Positions 1 to 11,008 of a stretch of DNA of 64,000 bases are shown piece by piece. The DNA is taken from NCBI GenBank assembly GCA_043228905.1, contig JBHGNT010000001.1:35960001-36024000 (forward strand), written 5' to 3'. Source of the stretch: Azolla caroliniana (Eukaryota; Plantae; Polypodiophyta). The notes under the pieces were generated by a model, which was given only the letters and a program-made list of their open reading frames with translations, did no database searches and had not been told where the DNA came from. Positions within the stretch are counted from its first letter, which is position 1. Each line of letters starts with the position of its first letter. Made by a program: the position numbers and the translations under genes.

Positions 1-1307
1 TAGAAAACTCTTACCCTTATTGCAAAGACTGGTCTTTCCCCTCATGCCCAATCAATCAATGTCTTTCCTTGCCTCCTGTGAGGCCGCTTCTCATAATATA
101 TTGTGAAAAGCTGCTTGTCGTGGAGAAGTCTCATACCATGTAGGAAACATGGCACATTCTGTAAGGAGTTGCCCAACCCTCTCTGTGTATGATATTCCCT
201 TGGGTATCACCTGACACCTACCATGCTAAAATGATGATTTATAACCTAAACCTAAATGATTGGTGACGTTAGCACCCCCCCCCCCATCTGCTAGATAATC
301 ATAGCCTATGGTGGATTTTTGTTCACCATTCTTTCATTTATCCGCAATGACAACAAACACCATGTCATTTACCAGTTCCTCTAATCACCATGTCATTTAT
401 CAGGTAGTGGTGAGACAGACTTCTGCTTCTTTGATTCATCCCAAACTCCTCTGATCCATCGAATCCCTTAGCCATAGTTATCACCAAGAAAAAGAACGAG
501 TATATAGATCCGGGAACAAGAAAAAACAACATCCAAAATTTTGAAAATTTGAAACTGGATTTGACGTTCCCTGTTCCCTGTGGGTAAAGAATCACAATTT
601 TTTTTGATGTGAAAATGGGGAAAATATATGGCAATTTATTTTCCAGGCATAGTGCTTTATCACAGAAACTTGATTAGGAAGACTAGGTGTAGGGATGTTG
701 GAAGCTTTGCAAGATGTAGGGAGGTGATTGACAACTTCTCATGCTGTTGGTGCGATTTGTGTAGGAGAGTGTCCTTTGATTCTCCTGTAATTTTACCACA
801 TTTGCTTGTCATATACTATATCTTGATTTTACTTGTCTTATGTCTAATAATCATTCCTATTGTGGGTTGGTTAGCCCGTTTCTCTAGCTTCTCTTATGAG
901 CACGGTTGAACCTAACCTATTTCTGCTACTATTTTGGGAGTGCTCTCAAGATGAGGTAGCAACATAGAGGACATTCTATGAAGCAAATATGCTCTTCCTC
1001 CCCTACTTGATTCGGCCTCTACATAGATGAGATAGCAATGTGGAGATGGTGAGATTTTATGTTAGACAACATACTCTTGTTATCTAAATCTAATGCAAGG
1101 ATACAATATCATCTCAATAACCTGTATGGTATTCCTTGTGAAAAGGGGCTTAAACCTTGAAAATACTACGGTCATGAACTTCCATGTATCCACATTGACT
1201 TTCTAATAAGTTGTCTCGAATGTAAGATGGCACGTATTGGTGGGTTCTTGTCTACATCTAGGGGCAAAATTACAAGCATACATGGGATTTCTCTATGACC
1301 ATGGTAG

Positions 1308-2211
1308 CAATGGGCCCGGTTTGGTTTTGGTTTGGTTTGGTTTCTTTGCCTTGAAACCAAACGGAACGGAACCAAACCATTTATATAAAACAAAAACCAA
1401 AACAAACCGTTTATGAATATTCAAGCCATTAAACCGAACCATTTAATAAAAGGTAACCAAACTATTTAAACCAAAACCGTTTAGGGAAAAGTTGAAACCA
1501 AACCGAGCCATTTAATAAAAAGTTTAAACCTAATCACATTTAAGCCAAACTAATTAAAAATTTAATAAATAAAAATAAACTAAATTAAATAAGCATTTAT
1601 GTTAAAGTGGTTAAATAAATAAATAAGTATTAATTAAGCCATTAGATTAAATAAACATTTAAGTTAAGTGAATTTAATCAATAAAAATATTAATTAAACC
1701 ATTAAATTACATAAACATTTGAGGGATAAAAAAAGTTTGCCCAAAAACTTATAAACCATTAAACCAAACTACTTAAACTTATAAACCAATAAACCTTAGT
1801 TTCAAAATCGAACCAAACCATTTATTAATAATTAAAACCAAACCAAACCAAACCATTTAATTATTTTGGAACTTATAAACCTTTAAACCATGGCTAGACC
1901 ATTAAATTGTTAAGCCATTAAACCGGTAAAACCGCAGTTTCGTGGTGAGGTTTCGGTTTTTAGCTTAGATCAAATTTTAAAATTTCATTATTTAAAATTT
2001 TAAAGATTTTCCTAAAATGTGAGAATAAGGCATGAAAATGATAAGATTGTTTTAAAACAAAATTTTAAAAGTTTTTAAAAGTTTTTATAAAAAATAAATA
2101 AATCGTTGAACCATTTAAACCGCGGTTTCTAACTGTTGAAACCAAATTGAACCATTTTTACCGTTAAACCACAATTTCGCGGTTCGGTTCGGTTCAAACC
2201 GAACAATTGCC
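1308..2211. mobile_element. AT-rich non-autonomous DNA element (MITE-like) built from AAACC/GGTTT motifs
   Basis: Dozens of aaacc/aaaccgaacc motifs around a very AT-rich core. GGTTT(T)GG runs sit at the left end and GGTTCGGTTCGG at the right end. The termini are weakly inverted (gcaatgggcccggttt ... aaaccgaacaattgcc). No coding capacity and no TSD confirmed. Confidence 0.55.
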
Positions 2212-3529
2212 GATTTTTAAGAACCACCCCATTTCATTAGAAACTTTGACCAAGCCCTTTCTACTTTATTTGAGTCCCCTTGAATCGAGTCATATCGTCA
2301 ACGTAGCTAAGATACCAGCTCGAACCATATGTTATGCAACACCTCACCGCTTGGGAGCTTTCGTTGCTGAATACAAACGCACAACGCCTAGTCCAAATGT
2401 GCCAGACTGATAAGCACGCCACCATCATCCATATATGTCCTAAAAAAATGCAGATTTTGTCCTAGGTCGCAGTCCAACACATTGGAACATGCTGCCACCT
2501 TGCACTATAAATCCATGACCATGTGGGTTTAGTTGTTCTGCTCAGCCTTCCGCTGTTAACTTCTACCATTGCCCCACACAACTCTCCCATTCCCAACGCA
2601 TGTTGCCACTATCCTAAGACTTCTATCCCAAATGCTAATCGCCTCTGCACAATTCCAAAACTTAATAAAATTCTCCTAATTTGAGAACTTCCCTTAATTA
2701 CAAGACTTTTCTCATTGCTCCAACAAATTTTAACACCTCAAAATATTAGACTAAATTCCTTGATTCTTCCAAGACTTGGAAATCAAATCCAAATGGTAAG
2801 ATATGCAAAGGCCACATGCATGCATCAAGTCGTGGACAAATGATGGAACAAGTATCTATGCATTATTTTCAAAGAATTATGAACTTGCTTCCTGCCACAT
2901 TGAGCCTTTTCTTTGAATAGCACCAAATGCTACAAGTTTTGTGTTCTTCTTAATCTTTTCGATCTTCAATTTGCATACACGAAAAACTCCTACATCTTTT
3001 GGATTTGATCGTGAGCATCCACCCTCGATGTTTTCCACACCTTGAAAAAAACATTCTCACTTTGATTACAATAAAGAAAAAATCTAAACTTTTATCCACC
3101 AGAAAATCTAAAGACCAAGCAACTCTCCTAGTTCAACCAAGGCATCAATGATCTTTAACTTGTCTCCTAGAGTAGGAGAGATTCCAACCATCTGAAAATA
3201 AATGCCACCAAAAATTATACACATGAGCTTTATTGGTGGTTTGTTTATCTTAAATGTTTCCATTGTCACATCACAGTAAAGGTATCTCAGAACCTTTCTA
3301 AAAGAAATTCTGTAAGCTTCTATTGAGACCAGAGCACCATCTCTTAAGGTAGGGTCATAAATTGACATGTATGGTTTGAATAAGTTTGAATTTTGAATCT
3401 CCAAGGTTTCCTTGGGATCTAACAGAATCTACATTGTAAATCCAATACACATTCAAATTAATAATTAACAGGACATCCAATTATATGAGACTAATCGATG
3501 TAACATCGTAATAAAATTCACAACCTTTT

Positions 3530-3929
3530 ACGCAAATAGAACATCTAAAAATAAGCCATTATTGACATAAGCAAGGTATATATATGTATAGTTTACTTGT
3601 GTATAGATTTTCAAGTGTGGAGTCTCGACTCTCGTGTTGAAGGAATAGGCAATCGAGAAGAAATCTACAGTGAATTCTTTCAATATTCTGCAAACAAAAG
3701 ATTTGAAATTTGACATAAGTAAGGTATGTATATGTATAGTTTACCAATGTATAGATTTTCAAGTGTGGAGTTCCAACTCTCGAGTTGAAGGCACAGACAA
3801 TCAAATCTATAGTGAATTCTTTCAATCTTCTGCAAACAAAAGGTCTAAAAATTGACAAAAGCAATGTATATGTATAGTTTACCTATCTATAAATTGTCAA
3901 GAGTTGAGTCCCGACTCTCGAGTTGAACC
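3530..3929. repeat. Diverged tandem repeat, ~140-150 bp unit, ~2.7 copies
   Basis: The unit 'gtatatgtatagtttac...tttcaagtgtggagt..cgactctcg(a/t)gttgaa' recurs at ~3575, ~3723 and ~3865. This repeat explains the near-identical ORFs 3528..3716 and 3559..3864. Confidence 0.85.
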
Positions 3930-4159
3930 AAAACAAAATATGAACTGGCTAGATTCCGGTTTTTGGGAAATTCTAGCCGGAATCAGTTTCGGCTCTCCCC
4001 CAGCTTGGCAGGCAAAAGTCCCAACCCAGCCGGAATGCTAACACGGTTCTTGGAACTTTGCCCAACATTGCTAGCAATCATGGTACCCTAACTCCCTATT
4101 GTTTTCTTTTCCCTTAAATGTACACTTTCTAACCCTATTTATTTGACTTTCTCTTAAAT

Positions 4160-5650
4160 AGAAGAATGATATCCTTACGTCATGGAGGCCCAACATCGTT
4201 ACCAAGTGGTGAAAACCAACTTGGATTCAATTCCAATAGATGCCACAAGCAAATTGACTTGCGCATTTACAAGCTCTTCATGGAGCCAAGATAATGAAGG
4301 CTGCCATTTTAGCGCCATATTCCTCATTAGCGGCGACCTTCGAACCCATACAAGAGCAGTTTTGGTTTGGATGCTTCATAAATGATATATTGTTGGCTGT
4401 CAAGGGTATCTCACCTAATGGGTATATCTCTTATTTTGAGGTTCTTGATAACAATAGAATGCAGCCTCATGCCTTCAACTGGAGTCATTTTTCAGCACGT
4501 GCGGAATGCACCAGTCAGAGTGCTTGCAAAAATGGGAAAGAAGTGGCTGCTTGATCCTTATCCTTCTATCGCTCATATGTGTGATATGATGTGGTTGTAT
4601 GCAAAAGAACCTGTTGCAAGACTACAATGGGATCCAGGGGGTTGGTTTTGGACATATTCCTTGGGGGAACATATCATAAAGGTTCCCTTCTTTTAGTATT
4701 CAGTAAAGCTAGGAAGATCATTACTAAGGTCTATGAATATAATGGCGCCAACAACACAAAAACGTTGCAGTTGAAAACATATTGGAGATGGATCTGGTCT
4801 TTCAAGGGGTCCTCTAAATTTATTCTTTTTAGATGGCTACTAGTGCATGTAGCATTACCAGTTGGCCAGACATTAAAAGGGAATGTAGCACATAATCTCA
4901 GGAAATGTGGATTTTGCTATGCAATGCCGGAGACTACTAAGTATGCCCTTTGGTCTTGTCGCTTGGCTCAACAAGTATGGAATAAAGTTTTTTCTTTATT
5001 CCTAGTTCAGTTAATGTTAGTTGCTTGTTCTCATGGGGGGCAATGGTGTGGGGAATTTTACACTCCAGCTTGATGTTGTATGAGGCAGATGATATACAAG
5101 AGGCCATGACGGTACATAATAGAAGATTGATATCAGTTAGTTCGTTTCAGCAACCTCGAAAGCAGGTGCGATCTATCTAGATTTGGAAAACTGTGACTAC
5201 GATAACATTATGGGTATTATGGAAATGTAGATGCAGTCGACTTTACGATGCCGCAGAGCTTGGTCTTCCAGAGGTATTGCTTGAGATATGGGAAACATTG
5301 TTGACAGTAGTTCGTGGGCAATATGATAACATGTGCGGTTCTCTAGAAAATATTCATAAAAGGAGGATGAAGATTCTTCACCTATGGAGGAAGGTCCCTC
5401 TCTTTGTAGTGACAATCAAAGACCTCAATGGAATTATCATCTTCCATGGACCCTTTCTTGATACAAAACCATCGTGCTAATGTACCGTTTAAGGTTCAAA
5501 AGCCATGTATAAGTTCTTTTTGTATGTAGAGGTTTAGGTGTACATACATTACGTTGTAAGCCTATGAGCAGACAACTTTTACTTGTATTTTTTCGATATT
5601 TTTAATACTATTGAAGAAAATATTTGAAGGAAAAAAAGAAAAAAGAAAAA
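4160..5650 (+). mobile_element. 5'-truncated, decayed L1-like LINE (ORF2 C-terminus with zf-RVT domain)
   Basis: Frameshifted ORFs contain the zf-RVT pattern WRWIWS..K..LFRWLLVH.ALPV...CGFC...ET..ALWSC.LAQQVW, followed by TLWVLWKCR. An A-rich tail lies at ~5630-5650. The C-terminal peptide resembles that of the LINE at 54.8-58.9 kb. The 5' boundary is approximate. Confidence 0.8.
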
Positions 5651-5991
5651 CCAAGTGGCAAGTAGTAGGCTTCACGTAGGTCACGACGGGAGCACAGAGC
5701 CCATGAAAAGTCACGACACCAACACCAATAAAGAAGGAGTAAGTTGATTAACCCCAATCAATGTAAAGGAACGGTGACATCAACCCTACCTTATTCCTCT
5801 TGGTTCATAGAAAGTCAACCAAATTCGTACTTACAAGTTACTACCAGATAGTTCATATTTTGTTTTGGTTTAATGAACTGGGCTGTGCTAAAAAACCTCT
5901 GAATTGGTTCTCGTTGAAGTCCTATACATATATATGTATCATTCGCTCTGTCTCTTTACATCTCTTGTCTTTGAATTCCTTGGCCGCCTCC

Positions 5992-8115
5992 ATGGCCAAG
6001 GCCAGAGCATTCACTCTCCTGCTCCTTGTATTTTATGATACCCTGCTGCAGAAACCCACCATTGTTGATGGTGCCAATAATCTGGTCAATACTTCTACAA
6101 TTATTGCGTTTAACTATGATGCTACACAGTCAAATCTGGAAGACTTTAACGTAAACAGCGACGTAGGTATAAAAAATGGCATTGTCTGGCTCACTCCCGA
6201 CCCTAACGAGCAGAAACAGACTGAAATGGGCGGAAAGGCCGGTTGGTTCCTCTACAACACTCCCTTGACCTCGCTCCCAAACATCACCTCCTTCCACACC
6301 TCTTTCAAGTTCCAGATCATTACTCTTCCTCCATCCATCGTCCAGGGAGGAGATGGTCTCGCCTTCTTTATCTCTCCTTACCACACCATTCCCGAACAGA
6401 GCGGCGGTGGATTCTTGGGCATCGCCAATGGCACCTCCAACGTGTCAGATCCATCGCGCCATCTCTTTGCGGTCGAGTTTGACACCTACAAGAATGTCGA
6501 AATGAACGACTCCAATAACAATCATGTCGGGATCGACATCAATGGTGTTGTCTCCACAGTCTTCGTCAATACAAACTCTTCTCATTTTGACCTCTACCAG
6601 AACTCAACATTCATGGTGTGGGTGGACTACTACGCCTCCAATACATCCATCGAGGTCCGGATGGCCAACATCACAGACCCTTCTTCGTCACTAGTAACTC
6701 CACCTCTTCAACCCCCCCTCCTCAGCTTGAACTATGATCTCTCCACTCTTTTCCTGGATTCCGACATGTTTGTAGGCTTGTCAGCAACGACAGGTTTAAG
6801 CTATCAAGGCTGCGCGATCTCTTCCTGGAATTTCTCTCTAAGTGGTAAAAACACAAGCATCCCTGCTCCTCAACCACAACCCACTCCTCAACCACAACCC
6901 AGTCCTCAACCACAACCCAGTCCTCAACCACAACCCACTCCAAAATCAGGCAATAATCTGCTTATAATCATTCCTAGTATTGTCGGTGGTGTTGTTGTTG
7001 CCACGGGAGTCATAGTAGCTTTGGTAGCCTACTGGAAACGACGCTGTCGTCCTCCTTTTGATGATCCTCAAAATACAGAATTTGTACCGATCAATCCCGA
7101 TATTCTAGTTCCTGCTGCCATGCCGCGTTACACATACAAGGAGCTGTGGAAGGCTACACAGGGCTTTCGTGACAAGGCCAGAGTGGGGCGTGGTGGATTC
7201 AGCGTCGTCTACAAGGGCAGATTAAAGCAACCAAATACAGATAGATCCATGTATGAAGTGGTGGCGATCAAGCGGCTCAACAGAGAGGGGCTGAGGAAGA
7301 GCGACGAGTTCTTCTTGGAGATCAATACGATCAACATGCTTCAGCATCCACGCCTGGTTAACCTCAAGGGATGGTGCTACGAGAAAGGGGAGGCCATGCT
7401 GGTGTACCAATTCATGAGCAATGGGAGCCTGGAGGATCACTTATTCAGGAAGGGCAACTCAACCATGTTGACAAGCAAGATTAGGGTGGAGATCCTGAAG
7501 GGAGTGGCGGAAGCCCTGAACCATCTGCATTCGGCAGGTGCGGTGCACCGCGATGTGAAGGCCGCGAACGTGCTACTCACATCTGAATTTGAGGCAATGC
7601 TGGGGGATTTCGGTCTGTTACGCCTGCTCAAGGACGACAATCATACGGCCCAAACAATGACAGCCGCTGGCACGCCTGGATATGCCGCACCCGAACTGTT
7701 ATTCACGCGGGTGCCGACCAACAAAGTGGATGTGTATAGCTATGGTGTGCTTGCACTAGAGCTGGCATGTGGGCGGCGGGCGATTGAGCCGAGATTCGAT
7801 CAACCGGAGGAACGTATTCTGCTCGATTGGGTGTGGTTGAAGCAAGAGAGTGGTGCACTACTATCGGTGTTGGATCCAAGGATGATGAAGGTAAATTATG
7901 GGTTAGAAGGCGGGGAGACGAAACCAATTTGGAGGTGCATCCTGCATTTGGCGTTACGTTGTTGCCATCCGATTCCGGATGAGCGGCCCCAAATGCAAGA
8001 AGTAGTGAAAACCCTAGAGAATGGAATATTGATGGCCCTTCCGCTTTCGAAGCCGTCCTACCGTCATGTTGATACAAAACGGCAAGATGAATTATACGAC
8101 TACATCCTCCCGTGA
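5992..8115 (+). CDS. LecRK: L-type (legume) lectin receptor-like kinase, intronless, 707 aa
   Basis: First in-frame ATG is at 5992 (MAKARAFTLLLLVF, signal peptide). Legume-lectin motifs: GDGLAFFI, FAVEFDT, NNHVGIDIN. These are followed by a Pro/Gln linker and a TM helix (LLIIIPSIVGGVVVATGVIVALVAYW). The RD kinase has GRGGFSVVYKG, VAIK, HRDVKAANVLL, DFG, GTPGYAAPE and DVYSYG. Confidence 0.95.
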   Translation: MAKARAFTLLLLVFYDTLLQKPTIVDGANNLVNTSTIIAFNYDATQSNLEDFNVNSDVGIKNGIVWLTPDPNEQKQTEMGGKAGWFLYNTPLTSLPNITSFHTSFKFQIITLPPSIVQGGDGLAFFISPYHTIPEQSGGGFLGIANGTSNVSDPSRHLFAVEFDTYKNVEMNDSNNNHVGIDINGVVSTVFVNTNSSHFDLYQNSTFMVWVDYYASNTSIEVRMANITDPSSSLVTPPLQPPLLSLNYDLSTLFLDSDMFVGLSATTGLSYQGCAISSWNFSLSGKNTSIPAPQPQPTPQPQPSPQPQPSPQPQPTPKSGNNLLIIIPSIVGGVVVATGVIVALVAYWKRRCRPPFDDPQNTEFVPINPDILVPAAMPRYTYKELWKATQGFRDKARVGRGGFSVVYKGRLKQPNTDRSMYEVVAIKRLNREGLRKSDEFFLEINTINMLQHPRLVNLKGWCYEKGEAMLVYQFMSNGSLEDHLFRKGNSTMLTSKIRVEILKGVAEALNHLHSAGAVHRDVKAANVLLTSEFEAMLGDFGLLRLLKDDNHTAQTMTAAGTPGYAAPELLFTRVPTNKVDVYSYGVLALELACGRRAIEPRFDQPEERILLDWVWLKQESGALLSVLDPRMMKVNYGLEGGETKPIWRCILHLALRCCHPIPDERPQMQEVVKTLENGILMALPLSKPSYRHVDTKRQDELYDYILP
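6868..6939 (+). repeat. 18-bp coding tandem repeat x4 (PQPQP[T/S]) in the LecRK extracellular linker
   Basis: cctcaaccacaaccca(c/g)t is repeated four times in frame. Confidence 0.9.
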
Positions 8116-10574
8116 ATAATTATAGTGACTCTTTGGGTTCTCTATGTAGATCGAACAAGCCCTCAGATCCTCCAGAAAAGTTTATGAATTTTCCTGACTG
8201 CTTAGGGAACATTTCCCGCCCGCCTTGTATACATTGACGTATATTGTCTTAAATAAGGAAATAAGATTTGTAATTAATTTGGATCATGATCTCTTTGTTT
8301 CCTTACAGTTGTGTATGATATTCCCTTTGCGTATCTAACAACCATTCTAAAAACGATAGGTAATGTTGGCCTTCCATTCAGCGAGATAACCATTATTAGC
8401 TTATGTGGTTGCCAAGAGAGAATCTTGAAGCTTGGTTGTGGCCCCCAATTGAGATGGAGGAAGAGAATTGGGGTGCTTTTCCACACAAAAAGTGGAACTC
8501 GCAACTTAAAAGGGAATTATAACTTAATAAGTAAAGGGTAGGGGCTATTTTTGCACTAATTTTTACTTATTGTTTATATGGCACTACCAAAAAGAAACAA
8601 AACCCCATTTGACTGAAAATCAGGGTTTAGGGTTTTACTAAGAGAGTGAAAAACAACGTGAGAAAAACAGAGAATTGGAAAAAAAAAAAAAACGGAGAGG
8701 GAGAGAGGGCGATTGATAACAAGTAACTATAATGGATGTAATAAACTAGTACAGAAAAAACAATATTTAGGCATAGGCATATGAGCCTTATGGATGGCAC
8801 TTGGTAATTTCATTATTGAGGGCTTCTTTTTTTATGACCAGTATCACCCTAGCTGCATCACATCTACGCAGATTGATAAATATCTTAGGAATTCACCATG
8901 CTATAGTTGTGGTTGGACAGGGCAGGGCGGCTACATCCATCTTCATCAACATCACATACAATCATCAAAACTTGTAACCTATGTCTGCGCCTATTTTGGG
9001 AGTGCTCTCATGGGTGATGCTCTGTTTCTCTAGCTTCTCTTGTGAGCACTGTTGATCCTAACCGATTTCTGTTCCCATTTTGAGAGTGCTCTCATGGAAG
9101 ATGCACTGACTACCACCATTTCAATGAGCCCTCTCATTGCTAATGTTTTGGCGTCTTCTATTTCCACCCTGTTTATGGCCATGCTTTCAGGCCACAAAAT
9201 CTTTTCCAAGGTTGAGCAGCTCAAGGAACCTACACTCTATGTGTCAAGCTTGCTCCTAGATGATGGGGTCCTCAAAACAACAAGAAAACATTGTGGGGAC
9301 ACCAATTGGACACAAAACATAGTTATATTCCATTATGAATACAAATGCTTACAATCGTCTTGAATTCGGACAAACTAACATCCAACACTCGGAATTGGGA
9401 CGAGTCGGGACAACTCCCCAAAACCACCAAAAGAGGGAGAGAGAAACTTAGTACATGTTCCTCAGAGCCAAGAGAGAATGAGAGTGTGAGAGAATGGATC
9501 TCAGAAAATGGGCGTATGGGAATGATTACAAATGAGGAAGAATCCTCAAACATGGCCATTGGGAGGTTCGCCTTAGGACTCCCAGTGGGGACCATGTTGT
9601 CCTAACCCAAGGTGGCGCCTTCGTTGGGACGAGGACACATTCTCAACTACAATTGAGTTGGGAATGTGGGCATGCCTTTCCCTTATTGTCTATTGATGGA
9701 GAGATATAGAAAAAGATAAAGACTAGAAGAGGAAGAAAGGAATACTTTAATATGCTATTAGAAAAATAATACCATCTTCTTAGACCCCAAAAGTAACAAC
9801 TCGAGAGAGCTACTTTTATAATCTTTCCTTCTATTATCTTATTCTTTTCTTCCTCCTAATTGCTAAGAATACCCTCCTATTGATAGGTTTTTAGTTTCTT
9901 TATTCCATATAAAAAATCGAGAGAGATTTAGTGCAACGGAAGATGACTGTGTGTGTGCACGTAAGACACGCAGAGAGAGAGAGAGAAAGATTTCCTTTAC
10001 AACAAGTAGAAATGAGGACCTTGCATTCTCTTAATGATGTAGCACCAAGAAAGATGATTACAATGTTAGGTGATAATAAAAATCCATAGACACGGTTAGT
10101 GAAGATTAAACTGGGTGGGATTCGATGAATAAACACCCACTTCGCTTCAGAAATGTTCCTAATCAATGTTAACCTCCAAATCCATAAAGTCATGAAAGGA
10201 ATGAATAACATCCATACTTATAGAGAAAGCACCGCCATCATGAGCTCCCCATGAGGCTTCTCAAGACCAAAAGAACACTTCTTGCCTGTGAAATGACAAT
10301 AGCAAATACACAAATTAACATGGAAAAAAAGAACATGAGATGGAATGCTACCAATGCATGTGTGCATGCATTCATACATGCATACAAATACACACATACA
10401 AACACAACCATGCATATGCAAATACACATGCACACATATTAATATGGTAAAAAATTGATATGGTACTAAACCAATAACCCTCGAAAAGTGGTTTGGATCC
10501 TAATGGCCACAAATTGCCTTCTTGTAGCTCATCCTATACATCCTTGCTTGCCAAAGGAGGGCCACTTCGAAGAG

Positions 10575-11008
10575 TGTTGTCCGCCCGAATAGTAACCGAC
10601 GGCCAAAAGCGTAGGAATAAGAAACTATATAAGCGTAACGTATGTAACGGTTCACGCGAGAAGCGTGAACGGCTAATTAGACCCTACATAAAGGGCAGAA
10701 AACCTCTTAAGGAGGTGCGTGTAAATTTGGGAAATGTAAAAGAACGCATGATAATAGAATACTATCTTCTCTGAGTTTCTGTGTATAGCTGCGACTAATT
10801 TAGTGTCAGTGTCTCGGATATGTAAGCGTAGTAGTACGTAAGCGCAACCTGTGATAAGGAGTCGGTTGTAGCCGTCTCCCCTTACACACGGAGGAATCAC
10901 AGAGGTTCTCTCCTTACGCAGTACGCTTAAGCTCTGTTCGTTGTTCCACACCCACCTTGGGGTCTAGGTCGAAGGACTGACCACGGACTGTGTTCCTAAG
11001 AGGCAACA
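10575..11008 (+). repeat. 5' LTR (~434 bp) of the gypsy element, followed by a PBS-like TGG motif
   Basis: Starts tgttgtcc and ends ggcaaca (TG...CA with a short terminal inverted repeat). TGGCACAC at 11013 lies just downstream, at the expected primer-binding-site position. No second LTR is present in the window. Confidence 0.7.

Noticed and set aside
5813-5818. W-box (TTGACT, minus strand) upstream of the first LecRK
   Set aside because: A single hexamer is expected by chance, so it was not reported as a regulatory feature.
5800-5991. N-terminal 64-aa extension of the 771-aa ORF
   Set aside because: It starts at TTG. The first ATG (5992) gives a proper signal peptide, and the paralogue starts at the equivalent position.
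9290-9650. Possible solo LTR (tgttgtcc at ~9596 resembles the LTR start at 10575)
   Set aside because: There is no extended similarity to the 10575 LTR and no convincing paired termini or TSD.
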